A stretch of DNA of 64,000 nt from Octopus vulgaris (GCA_951406725.2 OX597842.1:17174001-17238000); one strand, 5' to 3'. Numbered from the stretch's first letter, positions 27,701-41,821 are shown. The notes: generated from the sequence alone by a model not told the origin. Numbers and translations: made by a program.

Positions 27701-28830
27701 AGTGTTGCACATCATACGAGATGACCTTCCACCTGGCATCAAGATCTCGTACAGAATGGACGGCAAGCTTTTCAACCTCGCTCGCCTCAAAAGTACGTCA
27801 AAGACAATGGCACGAAGCTTGCTAGAGTTCCAATATGCCGACGACAACAGTGTAGCAACTCACAGAGAGGATCACCTCCAACAGATCTTAAATGCTTTTC
27901 ATCATGCATATACTAAAATTGGACTGAGCATCAACATCAAGAAGACTCACTTACTCTACCAAGCTCCTCCCAATGCCCGTGTTGACAACCCGCCATCGAT
28001 TCAACTCGAAGGAATTCCACTGGAAAATGTGAACCACTTTTGCTACCTTGGGAGCCATCTGTCAGCAAAGGTAAACCTCATCGATGAAATCCAACACCGT
28101 CTGAAGTGTGCAGGAACAGCTTTCGGCAAGCTTCGAACAAGAATTTTTGCTGATCGGGACATCCGAACCGAAACCAAACTCATGGTGTACAGGGCAGTCA
28201 TTATTCCAACCCTCCTTTACACATCCGAAACTTGGACCCCGTATAGTCACCACCTGAAAACGCTCGAGAAATTTCACCAACGTTGTCTTCGGAAGATCCT
28301 CAACATCAGCTGGGAAGATAGAAGAACTAACGTCAGCGTGCTACAAGAAGCAAAAATGACCAGCATCGAAGTCTATGTCATCAAAGGCCAACTAAGATGG
28401 AGCGGCCACGTGGTGAGAATGACTGACGAACGACTTCCCAAACAGATCTTCTACTCCCAACTCAAAGACGGCAAGCGTACAAAAGGAGGCCAGAAGAAAC
28501 GCTACAAGGACTCCCTGAAAACGAACCTCAAAAAGTGTGACATTGACTTCACTAACTGGGAGGAAACTGCAAAAAACAGACCACTCTGGAAAACCACCAT
28601 CCATGAGGGAACGGCGGCTTTCGAGTCGAAAAGGTCCGCAGAGCTGGAGGAGAAAAGACGACGACGGAAGGAGCGCCAACAACAACCACATGCGACACTC
28701 CCTTCCGGCACTAGATGTCCGCACTGCGACCGATCTTTCCGAGCAATAATTGGTCTCATCAGTCACCTGCGGATTCACCAGTAGATTTGCGCGAAGACCA
28801 TCATCCTCGACCTTGAGGGATTGCCATCGA
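27697..28830 (+). mobile_element. RTE LINE, non-inverted 3' part (RT C-terminal half, C2H2 finger, 3' UTR)
   Basis: Open frame 27693-28784 with FQYADD, LRWSGHVVRM, CPHC..HLRIH; continues where the inverted part stops. Confidence 0.9.
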
Positions 28831-29001
28831 TATATATCTGCATATATTTATATATATATATATATATATATAAATAAAAAATGAGGGTGAGAAATTAGAC
28901 ATTAATTTAATTAGATCTATAGCGGATCTATTTTTAGCATAAGTGTGTCCACATACTGGTTTCCCTCTAATATGTATATGTCTAAATATATATATATATA
29001 A

Positions 29002-29050
<49 letters not shown>

Positions 29051-29089
29051 TAGATAAGAAAGTTTGTTTGGTAAAGCACGTGGGTGAAT

Positions 29090-31287
29090 ATATAAGAAAA
29101 TAGTAAAGTGTGAAAAAACGACAGAAGGCTTAAATGTTAAAAAATATATATATTTGTGTCAAAATGTCTGGAGAATATTGGAAAAATTTTTTTCCTTTCC
29201 TTAAAATGACATAATTTTAAAATTTTTAAAGAAATTACCGGTTTCGCGTGTAGCTTTTCAAATTTCTTGTGACGTTATGTTTATATTGCATGGAGTTATC
29301 GTTGTTTTTATTTCCAGGAGATTTCTAAATAAGGGGAGGTAGTGAGTGATTTCTTCCGGTGTAAGGGAGATAATCGCTTAAAATTTTTTTTTCCCTTTTC
29401 CTTGTTAATTTCTCTGTGTCAGTATGTTCGGATGGTTGAGTCTGGGTTTGTACTTTTCAATGAAGAATGTTTCCTTGTTCAGTATCATTGGTGTTGATGA
29501 TCCGAAAGCACATTGGTAAAATGGGAAGATTAAAAATTGTGGCAGTAGTTGCTTTGCGCATTTCTCAATGTGCTCACTAAAAGGTATCATTCTATATTCT
29601 GGGAATGCAATCTGTTGTCGATGCAGTGTGCATCTACGCCTGAGTGATAGTCCCGTGGAACCCACGTAGTCTTGGTGGCAGCCCGAGCATTTAATAACAT
29701 AAATTATGTTTTCAGAGGCACAAGTAAAGTTAGATTTGATCTTAAATTTCTGTCCCTCTTTAAAGAAGAATTCTGATCCTTCCAATAGGTTAGGACATGT
29801 TGCACAGTTCGATCTACCACATTTTTTAACTTTTGCATCCGTAATTTTAGAAGACAATTTTGCCTTTGTGAGAATCTTTTTAAGTGATTTAGGCTGTTTG
29901 TAGCTTTTAATGATTTGGTGTATGTTTAGAATTTCCTTTAATTTTGGGTTTTTATGAAGTATTGGTAAATTCTGGGTGATGATGGTGAAGGCTTCTTTGT
30001 TTCTGGGGTTGTATGTAGATATGTAAGGTAGTATTTTCGGGGAAGGTGTGTTTTTGTGTTGAACTTTTCTTAAAGTTTCTATGTTGATTTCTGTTGCACG
30101 TCTGATCCCATCCTCTATGAGTTGAGCTGGGTAATGTCTGTCAATTAGGGTGTTTTTGAGTTCTTGCAGTCTAAAGTTCCTGGTATTTTGTTCTGACACT
30201 ATTGTGCATATCCTTCTTGCAAGGTTGAAGGGGATGTTTGTTTTAGTGTGTCTTGGGTGGCATGAATTAAAAAGAAGGTATTGTTTGGCGTCTGTGGTTT
30301 TGTAAAAAATGTCTGTTTCTATTTTAAGGTTAATTTTTTTAATTAGTATATCCAAGAACGGGAGCTCCTTTTGGTTGTATTCCATTGTGAACTGTATATT
30401 TGGGTTTATGCTGTTCAATAGGTTTTTAAATTTTAGGAGTTTATCTATGTTTTCATTCCAGAGAATGAAACAATCGTCTAGGAATCGTTTCCAATTCTCT
30501 TTTATGTATTGAGAGAGGGAGTTTCCAAAGATTGATAGAGATTCCTGGTAAATGATTATTTCCATGTATCCCATTGTTAAGTTCGCAATGACTGGTGCTG
30601 CCCTTGTACCCATAGTAATTCCGGATTTTTGACGGTAAAATGTATTGTCAAACATGAAGTGGTTATTGTGTAGGATGAATTCAATTGATTTAGTAATGAA
30701 TTCCTTACTGATCCTTTTTGGTATTTCTTCCGGAAATTGGTCTAACCAGAATTGTATTGCCTCCAGTCCATAATTATGAGGTATACTGGTATACAAGTTG
30801 ACTACATCAAATGAAACCAGGATTGTTTCTTCCTTGTTTTTTTTTGGAAGGTGGTTTAACATATCTAAGTCATCTCTGATATGGCTATCGATATGTTTAA
30901 GGAAGGGTTTCAAGAGGATGTCCATAAGTAGACTTAGTCTGTGTGTTTCACAGGTTGGGCCAGCTACAATGGGTCGTAGTTTTAGGTCCCCCGGATTAGG
31001 TGTGTGTATGTATGTCTTTGGTGATTTTTTAATGGTTTCATTTATAATTTGACTTTTATGAATTTTTGGCAGACCATAGAAAAGGCTAGGTTTGCATTTA
31101 AAGTTTGTTAGGAAATCAATCTCTTTGGTTGTCAGTTCCTTTTCATGGGTTTTAATTAGTGAAGATAGAGTTTTCATTATTTTTTGTGGGGTGAAGTTGG
31201 TAATTTTTTCATAATGTAGGTCTTCATCAAGCAAGGAAATTACAAAATTTCTGTAGTATGATGTATCCATTATTACAACTGCATTTC
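29090..31287 (-). mobile_element. Penelope-like element (Neptune-like), inverted 5'-truncated copy with uninterrupted 621-aa RT/GIY-YIG frame
   Basis: FYGLPKIHK, LRPIV, SFDVVNLYT, GITMG, RFLDD, FLDI, CxxC linker, IYVIKC..YVG. Confidence 0.92.
29229..29268 (-). ncRNA. Minimal hammerhead variant (U3-A8) in pLTR
   Basis: Reverse complement of 33688-33727. Confidence 0.65.
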
Positions 31288-31299
31288 TAACAAACCTCT

Positions 31300-33860
31300 T
31301 TCTAACAAACCTCTTTCTAACATAAAAATTGACATCCTCGCAAAAGGGCTCAAATTTACACCAACTCCACGCAGAGCAAACCTAAAATGAACTCAAGGAT
31401 AATATAACAGAATTTTGCAGAAAATTAAGACTAGCAGAAGCATCAAACAGTTTCAATACTGAAGATGAATCACTAGTCAAGAACAAAAGTGAACACATCC
31501 CACACAGAGTAAGAAATAAAGATCTTGACGAATTCTGTAACCACATTGAGAACTTCCCCTACCATACTATACATAAACAGAAAGCTAACCCAAATTTTAA
31601 CACTACACAATGGAAAGAACTGATAGAACTCCAAAATGATGAAGATATAACCATTAAGGAAGCGGACAAGGGAAATGCAGTTGTAATAATGGATACATCA
31701 TACTACAGAAATCTTGTAATTCCCTTGCTTGATGAAGACCTACATTATGAAAAAATTACCAACTACACCCCACAAAAAATAATGAAAACTCTATCTTCAC
31801 TAATTAAAACCCATGAAAAGGAACTGACAACCAAAGAGATTGATTTCCTAACAAACTTTAAATGCAAACCTAGCCTTTTCTATGGTCTGCCAAAAATTCA
31901 TAAAAGTCAAATTATAAATGAAACCATTAAAAATCACCAAAGACATACATACACACACCTAATCTGGGGGACCTAAAACTACGACCCATTGTAGCTGGCC
32001 CAACCTGTGAAACACACAGACTAAGTCTACTTATGGACATCCTCTTGAAACCCTTCCTTAAACATATCGATAGCCATATCAGAGATGACTTAGATATGTT
32101 AAACCACCTTCCAAAAAAAAACAAGGAAGAAACAATCCTGGTTTCATTTGATGTAGTCAACTTGTATACCAGTATACCTCATAATTATGGACTGGAGGCA
32201 ATACAATTCTGGTTAGACCAATTTCCGGAAGAAATACCAAAAAGGATCAGTAAGGAATTCATTACTAAATCAATTGAATTCATCCTACACAATAACCACT
32301 TCATGTTTGACAATACATTTTACCGTCAAAAATCCGGAATTACTATGGGTACAAGGGCAGCACCAGTCATTGCGAACTTAACAATGGGATACATGGAAAT
32401 AATCATTTACCAGGAATCTCTATCAATCTTTGGAAACTCCCTCTCTCAATACATAAAAGAGAATTGGAAACGATTCCTAGACGATTGTTTCATTCTCTGG
32501 AATGAAAACATAGATAAACTCCTAAAATTTAAAAACCTATTGAACAGCATAAACCCAAATATACAGTTCACAATGGAATACAACCAAAAGGAGCTCCCGT
32601 TCTTGGATATACTAATTAAAAAAATTAACCTTAAAATAGAAACAGACATTTTTTACAAAACCACAGACGCCAAACAATACCTTCTTTTTAATTCATGCCA
32701 CCCAAGACACACTAAAACAAACATCCCCTTCAACCTTGCAAGAAGGATATGCACAATAGTGTCAGAACAAAATACCAGGAACTTTAGACTGCAAGAACTC
32801 AAAAACACCCTAATTGACAGACATTACCCAGCTCAACTCATAGAGGATGGGATCAGACGTGCAACAGAAATCAACATAGAAACTTTAAGAAAAGTTCAAC
32901 ACAAAAACACACCTTCCCCGAAAATACTACCTTACATATCTACATACAACCCCAGAAACAAAGAAGCCTTCACCATCATCACCCAGAATTTACCAATACT
33001 TCATAAAAACCCAAAATTAAAGGAAATTCTAAACATACACCAAATCATTAAAAGCTACAAACAGCCTAAATCACTTAAAAGATTCTCACAAAGGCAAAAT
33101 TGTCTTCTAAAATTACGGATGCAAAAGTTAAAAAATGTGGTAGATCGAACTGTGCAACATGTCCTAACCTATTGGAAGGATCAGAATTCTTCTTTAAAGA
33201 GGGACAGAAATTTAAGATCAAATCTAACTTTACTTGTGCCTCTGAAAACATAATTTATGTTATTAAATGCTCGGGCTGCCACCAAGACTACGTGGGTTCC
33301 ACGGGACTATCACTCAGGCGTAGATGCACACTGCATCGACAACAGATTGCATTCCCAGAATATAGAATGATACCTTTTAGTGAGCACATTGAGAAATGCG
33401 CAAAGCAACTACTGCCACAATTTTTAATCTTCCCATTTTACCAATGTGCTTTCGGATCATCAACACCAATGAGACTGAACAAGGAAACATTCTTCATTGA
33501 AAAGTACAAACCCAGACTCAACCATCCGAACATACTGACACAGAGAAATTAACAAGGAAAAGGGAAAAATAATTTTAAGCGATTATCTCCCTTACACCGG
33601 AAGAAATCACTCACTACCTCCCCTTATTTAGAAATCTCCTGGAAATAAAAACAACGATAACTCCATGCAATATAAACATAACGTCACAAGAAATTTGAAA
33701 AGCTACACGCGAAACCGGTAATTTCTTTAAAAATTTTAAAATTATGTCATTTTAAGGAAAGGAAAAAAAATTTTTCCAATATTCTCCAGACATTTTGACA
33801 CAAATATATATATTTTTTAACATTTAAGCCTTCTGTCGTTTTTTCACACTTTACTATTTT

Positions 33861-33865
<5 letters not shown>
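31300..33865 (+). mobile_element. Penelope-like element, direct copy (frameshifted)
   Basis: LAKGLKFTPTP, IKEADKGNAVV, RT and GIY-YIG; nearly identical to the minus copy. Confidence 0.92.
33688..33727 (+). ncRNA. Minimal hammerhead variant (U3-A8) in pLTR
   Basis: aagaaau-UUGAAAA-GC uacac GC-GAAA-CCGG-UA-auuucuu; 7-bp stem I, palindromic stem III. Confidence 0.7.
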
Positions 33866-33896
<31 letters not shown>

Positions 33897-34755
33897 GATA
33901 GATAGAGAGATAGATAGATAGATATAGATATATATAAGCACACACACACACACACACACGCATATATATATTATAAATCTGAAATGCGAAAAGTTTGTTT
34001 GTTTGTTTGTCTGGTTTTGGCATTGAGAACGGGTTAAAGGCCAGTAGATTCCGTCGGATTGACTCCAAAATTTACAGGGACATGTAAAAGGTGTCGTTGC
34101 TAGGGCCAAAAACGCACTTTGACAAGTCTACTCTCATTCTTTTATGTATCTGTCTTCCTCCGTCACTCACTCTCTTTCCTCCCTTCCCATCACTTTCTAT
34201 ATATAACGTCATTTAACAGCGTCTAACTCCCCTTCACTTTCTCTTTATAACGTCGTCAAACAGCGTTCTATATCTCCCACTCCCCGCCTTCAACAGCGCT
34301 TTCACACACTCTCTCTCTCTCTCTCTACGTCTGTTTGCATTCATAGACAGAATTATCTTCGCCACAACAACCAGACAATCATGAGAACAAATATTATGAA
34401 TCAGATGTTGATTGCGTTAAATTATATATGTGTGTGTGTGTTCTATATATAAATATGTATATTAAACTTTTTAATACTTTTTGATAGTTATATATATATA
34501 TTTTTAAATTATAAATATAAATTAATAATTTTAATTTTAAATTTAAATAATTTAAATTTCAAAATTTTTTATTTTATATATTTTGTATATTATATTTTTA
34601 TTTTTATGTTTTCGTTTATGTTTTTCACTGTTTGATTTGCCTAATAGTGGTTTTATCTCTAATTTAATTTATATATATGTATATATATATATAATTTGAA
34701 TACATTCGTATATATAATGCGTACACACACACACACGCATATATATATATAATGC

Positions 34756-34807
<52 letters not shown>

Positions 34808-34969
34808 ACAATTGAGGGTAAAATTAATTAATCAATTTCACCAAGTGTTCAGTTTGTAAAAGGACCATTTAAGGCGAATTCAAAATATTACATTATATAA
34901 TTAGGGCTTAGTAAAATAAATTACCAAGTTCAGTATGTGGCAAAGTAATTTATTTTACTAAGCCCTAAT

Positions 34970-35006
<37 letters not shown>

Positions 35007-35807
35007 GTGTGCATTATGTGGTAGGTTGTGCTGAAAATATGCACACCTAAGTGCTGGCGAATTTGCATGGAAACTATTTTTTTTCCTCAAATGAAAGACG
35101 TGACTTCTAGGACAAAATTCCTCATCTTATAAAATGTGACCCGAGTAGACCTGAATGAAATCGGGTTATATTAACCAAAATGTGAAAAGAGGTCTAAATG
35201 GGGCTTGAAGGGGATTAAAATTTACAGGAGCGGGTGTTTAGGAATTCTCTGTTAAATGAAGCTAAAAAATTTGCGCCAGCCTTTAAATCGTCAATGTGTT
35301 GCCGTCCATGATGAAGAAGTTTTGAATGCTTGCCATGGTGAGTCCACTGTCGTGAGAAAGAATCACTTCAAAGCTTGATGTTTAGGAATTTTCTTTTACA
35401 TCAAGTTCAAAATTTTACGCCAGCCGTTAAACTGCCACTATGTTACTGTCCGTCGTTAAGAAATACCAGCCATGGTGACTCTACTAACCTCACATTCTAT
35501 CCTTTCAAACTTTGATTTCCAATTTTTTTTATTTTTATTCAGCTCGCAAGTTCGTCTGTCCCTTTTAAATGCTAGTGTTTTGCTTTCTGCCTTGAAGCAG
35601 ATCTTTCCGTTGTCACTGCCTGATATTTATGATTGATCTTTCAAACTACTTTCTTTCTCAATTTACTCAAATTTGTTGTTTATAAATGGGAGAGAGATAG
35701 ATAGATAAAGATAGAGAATAAGAGAAAGCGAGGGAGAGTCCGAGAGAAAGGAAGAGTAAGAGAGTGGGAAAGGGAGAGAGAAAGGAGAGAGAAACAAAGA
35801 GGGAGAA

Positions 35808-36135
35808 TCATCATCATCATCATCATCGTTTAACGGCCGTTTTCCGTGCTAGCGCGGGTTGGACGGTTTGACCGGTGTCTGGGAAGCCAGGAGGCTGCAC
35901 CAGGCTCCAGTCTGATCTGGCAGTGTTTCTACAGCTGGATGCCCTTCCTAACGCCAACCACTCCGTGATTTTAATGGGTGCTTTTTTCGTGCCACCAGCA
36001 CAGGTGCCACGGAGGGAGGGGCACTGGCACCGGCCACGATCGGTTGGTGCTTTTTAAGTGCCACCGGCACAGAAGCCAGTCAAGGCGGTGCTACCATCGG
36101 CCACGTTCGGATGGTGCTTTTTTACGTGCCGAAAG
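35808..36135 (-). mobile_element. SINE-like repeat with (GAT)n tail and internal gtgccaccggcac repeats (duplicate at ~46150-46480)
   Basis: (cat)n cgtttaacg..ggatgcccttcctaacgccaacc; remembered as a common cephalopod repeat. Confidence 0.55.
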
Positions 36136-36600
36136 GATGCAACAGAAAATAACAACCACACTCTTACCCGCGCGTAGAGCGGGTCACCTAAAGCTAGTAT
36201 ATATATATAGCCAACATTTGTTTTTGCTATGTCTAAGTTCCTGTAACATAGCAGTTCGGCAAATAGGTCGGAAGGAATAAGTGGCATTCTCGAGAATGAG
36301 AAATACTGGAGTCGGTCTGTTGGACTAATCACATCACTGTGGTGCTCCAGCGTGGCCGTAGTTCAATGACTGAAAGAAGTAAGCAATGATCAATAAAATA
36401 TATTTAGTAAATACAATAATGAAGTGGTTTAAGGTATGTGTCCAGGGAGGTAACTCTCAATATAAGACAATATATATTTGAGAGTAGCTTCCCTTAAGAA
36501 AGGCGACGACGAGCGATCAATAATTTTAGAATGTGTGCGTGTGTCTATGTAAGTATGTATGTATGTATGTATGTGTGTATGTATGTATGTATATATGTAT

Positions 36601-39600
36601 GTGAGGCAGGCAATGTTTAGGGCTAGAAAAGGTTGCCCTAAACATAGCCTGCCTCACCTCACCCTGGTCAACAAACCGCGGCTGGCGGGGATTTTTTCCA
36701 AGTGGTCGAAACAAAGAAAGAAGAAAACAAACAAAGGTGCTCACTTTCACAACTTGGAACGTGAGAACTCTGCTTGACAACACCAAAGCGGACAGACCAG
36801 AGAGACGAACTGCCCTGGTGGCCAGAGAACTGAGCCGATACAATGTCGATATTGCAGCACTGAGCGAGACCCGCCTTGCGGACAAAGGCCAGCTGACAGA
36901 GAAAGGCGGCGGCTACACTTTCTTTTGGAGTGGTCGCAGCAGCGAAGAGCGTCGTGAGGCTGGTGTTGGTTTTGCCATCAAGTCAGTACACGTGCTGAAA
37001 CTGGAAAGCCCCCCCCCCCCCCCCCGAGGGTATCAACGATCGGTTGATGAAGATGCAGCTCCCACTTGGAAACAAGACTAGTGCGACCATCATCAGTGCT
37101 TACGCCCCCACCATGAGCAACCCTGAAGAAGTTAAGGACAGGTTCTATGAGGAACTCGACTCCCTCACCACGTCAGCCCAGCCTGGGAAGCTCATCCTCC
37201 GTGGGGATTTTAACGCCCGTGTCGGGACTGACCACCAAACCTGGCATCGCGTACTGGGAAAGCAAGGAATCAGAAAGTGCAACAACGGGCAGCTCCTCCT
37301 GCGTGCGTGTGCCTCTCATGATCTTACCATCGCCAACACCTTGTTCCGTCTGCCAACACGCAACAAGACATCATGGATGCATCCACGCTCCAAACACTGG
37401 CATCTGATAGATTACGTCATCGTCAGGGTGAAAGACAGGCGGGACGTGAGACTGGTCAAAGCCATGTGCGGAGCTGATTGCTGGACGGACCATCGCCTCA
37501 TCATCTCCAGGATGGATTTCTACATCCGACCTAAGAGAAGACCACAGGGTCAGAAAGTGACGAGGAAGATTAACATCACGAAATTAAAGAACCAGCTGAC
37601 TGCACAAGATCTCCAGTCACGTATGGACAGCAAGCTGTTGGACATTCGGAATGACCAGTCCAGCATCGATGAGCAGTGGGAATCATTCAGGGACACGGTT
37701 CATTCCATCGCCCTTGAAACTCTGGGCCAAGTTACGAGGAACCACCAGGACTGGTTCGACGAAAACGACCAGGAAATCCAAAAGCTCCTGGAAGAGAAAC
37801 GCCGTCTGCTGCGGGCTCACCAAAATGACACCACCTGCACGGCAAAGAAGGCTGCTTTCAACAACATTCGCAGCACAGTCCAGGCAAAACTCCGCCTCAT
37901 GCAAGACGCATGGTTAAGCGCCAAGGCGGATGAGGTTCAGGGATACGCAGACAAACACGACACCAAGAAATTCTACGAGGCGCTGAAAGCTGTCTATGGA
38001 CCGCAGTTCTCCTATGGATCAACCCCCCTGCTCAGCACGGATGGAACCTCACTCCTGACTAACAAGAAGCTGATCCTGGAGAGATGGGCGGAGCATTTCA
38101 ACATCGTGCTCAACCGACCAGCCTAGATCAACGAGGAAGCCATCGCACGACACCCCCAGGTGCCGACAAACAACGGGCTGGCTTTTCCCCCTGCAGTCGA
38201 GGAAGTGAGCAGAGCCATCAAAAAAATGTCCACCGGCAAAGCTCCAGGCTCTGACGCCATCCCTGCAGAGGTGTTCAAGTCGGGCGGCCCCACCATGATC
38301 AGTCAGCTCACCAGCCTGTTCCAGTCGATGTGGGACAGGGAACAACTCCTCAAGATTTCCGGGACGCAACAATCGTCCACATTTATAAGCGGAAAGGAGA
38401 CCGGCGGTCCTGCGACAACCACCGAGGAATCTCCCTCTTGTCCATAGCAGGCAAGATCCTGGCCCGAGTCCTGCTTGACCGCCTTCTGGAACACTTGGAG
38501 CAAGGCCTTCTCCCTGAGAGCTAGTGTGGCTTCCGCGCGGGTCGAGGGACCACTGACATGATATTCGCCGCCCGCCAGCTCCAGGAGAAATGCATGGAGC
38601 AGCACCTTGACCTCTGCATGACCTTTGTTGACCTCACCAAGGCTTTTGATACAGTCAGTCGGGAGGGACTATGGAAGGTCATGGGAAAATTTGGTTGTCC
38701 CAGCAAATTTATTGCAATTGTCCGCCAGTTCCACGACGGAATGACAGCCAGAGTCCTTGAAGACGGCAACTCATCTGAAGCCTTCCAGGTGACCAACGGA
38801 GTCAGGCAGGGCTGTGTCCTGGCCCCAACACTGTTCAGCATCATGTTCTCGGCAATGCTGTCCGACGCCTTTAGGGACTGCAAGTCCGGTATCGACATCA
38901 AGTACAGGACAGACGGGAAACTTTTCAACTCCAGAAGATTGCAGGCTGTCACAAAGGTGAGGGAGACAGTCGTCAGAGACTTTCTCTTTGCTGACGATTG
39001 TGCCCTTAATGCAATCGATGAGCAGGAGATGCAGCTCGAGATGGACAGGTTCTCATCAGCCTGTGACAACTTCGGTCTCACCATCAGTGCCAAGAAAACC
39101 GAAGTGATGTTTCAGCCAGCCCCCGGCAAACAATACCATGAGCCTCAGAAAAAGGTGAACGGACGGATCCTACGAGCGGTGCAAAACTTCACCTACCTGG
39201 GCAGCACTCTCTCCTGCAATGCCAACATAGATGCTGAAACCATCAACAGAATCTCCAAGGCAAGCAGCGCGTTTGGGAGACTGCGAAAGAAAGTCTGGGA
39301 GCGGAGAGGAATCAGCCTCAACACCAAGCTGAAAGTCTACCGGGCAGTCGTGCTTACCACCCTACTATATGGCTGCGAGACGTGGACTGCTTACCGAAGG
39401 CATGAGCGCCAGATAAACCACTTCCACCTCAGGTGTCTTCGGAACCTCCTTCACATCCGCTGGCAGGACAAAGTCCCAGACACGGAAGTTCTGAAGCAGG
39501 CAGATCTCCCTAGCACCATCACAATCATGCGCAAGGCCTAGCTGAGATTGGCGGGCCACGTCTCCCGCATGTCCGACACTCGCATCCCAAAACAGCTCTT

Positions 39601-39980
39601 CTACAGTGAACTCAGCCAGGTCAAACGCAAAGTCGGAGGGCAGAAGAAGCGCTTCAAGGACAGTCTCAAGGTCTCTCTCAAAGACTTCTCCATCGGCACA
39701 GAGACTTGGGAGACACTTGCTGCCGACCGCTCATCCTGGCGCAACGCAATCACCACAGGAGCAGGGACAGCCGAGGAAGGACGGATTCGGTCAGCAGAGC
39801 AGAAACGCCAGATGCGGAAAGCCAGAGCCGCCTGCACCAGTAGCACGGCCCCTACCCACTTCTGCCCCACCTGTGGGAGGGGCTTCCTTGCCCGGATTGG
39901 CCTCACCAGCCACCTCCGGTCTCATAGCGGCAGTTCCACCAGATGATGTCAGTGGTCATCTTCGAACCCGACGGACGAAC

Positions 39981-39982
<2 letters not shown>
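36601..39982 (+). mobile_element. RTE (BovB-like) LINE, second family, near full-length ORF with three in-frame stops
   Basis: TWNVRTL..SETRL..YAPT..GDFNA..DHRL; RT GVRQGC, LFADD; CPTC..HLRSH; TAG at 38124, 38522, 39539. Confidence 0.93.
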
Positions 39983-40063
<81 letters not shown>

Positions 40064-40476
40064 AACATTTGTTTTTGCTATGACTAAGTTCCTGTAACAT
40101 AGCAGTTCGGCGGAATAAGTGGTATTCTCGAGAAAGAGAAATACTGGTGTCGGTCTGTTGGACTAATCACGTCACTGTGGTGCTCCAGCGTGGCCGTAGT
40201 TCAATGACTGAAAGAAATAAGCAATGATCAATAAAATCTATTTAGTAAATACAATAATGAAGTGGTTTAAGGTATGTGTCCTGGGAGATAATTCTTAAGA
40301 TAAGAAAATATATATTTGAGAGTAGCTTCCCTTAAAAAAGGCAAATAAAAGTGATCAATAATCTTAGAATATGTGTGTTTATGTATGTATGTATGTATCT
40401 ATGTATGTATGTATGTATGTATGTATGTATGTATGTATGTATGTATGAATGTATGAATGTATGTTTGTATGTATGA

Positions 40477-40507
<31 letters not shown>

Positions 40508-41054
40508 AATGTACGTATGTATGTATGTATGTATGTATGTATGTATGTATGTGTGTGTGTATGTATGTATGTATGTATTAATGTGTGTATGTATGTATGT
40601 ATGTATGTATGCATGTATGTATGTATGTAGGTAGGTACATGCACATCCCTATACCGTGCATGTATACTAACATCGCTCCTTTACTCATGTGAGACATGGA
40701 ACCTTTATAAACGTCATGTAAGGGTTCTTGAACGCTTTCATCAGAGATGTCTGAGACACATTCTGAATGTCACTAGTCAAGAACAAAAGTGAACACATCC
40801 CACACAGAGTAAGAAATAAAGATCTTGACGAATTCTGTAACCACATTGAGAACTTCCCCTACCATACTATACATAAACAGAAAGCTAACCCAAATTTTAA
40901 CACTACACAATGGAAAGAACTGATAGAACTCCAAAATGATGAAGATATAACCATTAAGGAAGCGGACAAGGGAAATGCAGTTGTAATAATGGATACATCA
41001 TACTACAGAAATCTTGTAATTCCCTTGCTTGATGAAGACCTACATTATATATAT

Positions 41055-41114
<60 letters not shown>

Positions 41115-41527
41115 AACATTTGTTTTTGCTATGACTAAGTTCCTGTAACATAGCAGTTCGGCGGAATAAGTGGTATTCTCGAGAAAGAGAAATACTGGTG
41201 TCGGTCTGTTGGACTAATCACGTCACTGTGGTGCTCCAGCGTGGCCGTAGTTCAATGACTGAAAGAAATAAGCAATGATCAATAAAATCTATTTAGTAAA
41301 TACAATAATGAAGTGGTTTAAGGTATGTGTCCTGGGAGATAATTCTTAAGATAAGAAAATATATATTTGAGAGTAGCTTCCCTTAAAAAAGGCAAATAAA
41401 AGTGATCAATAATCTTAGAATATGTGTGTTTATGTATGTATGTATGTATCTATGTATGTATGTATGTATGTATGTATGTATGTATGTATGTATGTATGAA
41501 TGTATGAATGTATGTTTGTATGTATGA

Positions 41528-41558
<31 letters not shown>

Positions 41559-41821
41559 AATGTACGTATGTATGTATGTATGTATGTATGTATGTATGTA
41601 TGTGTGTGTGTATGTATGTATGTATGTATTAATGTGTGTATGTATGTATGTATGTATGTATGCATGTATGTATGTATGTAGGTAGGTACATGCACATCCC
41701 TATACCGTGCATGTATACTAACATCGCTCCTTTACTCATGTGAGACATGGAACCTTTATAAACGTCATGTAAGGGTTCTTGAACGCTTTCATCAGAGATG
41801 TCTGAGACACATTCTGAATGT

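Noticed and set aside
33970-34400. Possible Helitron-like 5' end
   Set aside because: No 3' hairpin/CTRR terminus found by eye; resemblance too weak.
38521-39093. 190-aa antisense ORF (and similar ones opposite other RT genes)
   Set aside because: Shadow ORFs on the reverse strand of RTE/PLE coding sequence.
38124-39541. In-frame TAG stops in the RTE as possible programmed readthrough
   Set aside because: Each sits where Gln (CAG) is plausible or expected (e.g. LPESQCGF, AQLRW); consistent with C>T decay inherited by both duplicates.
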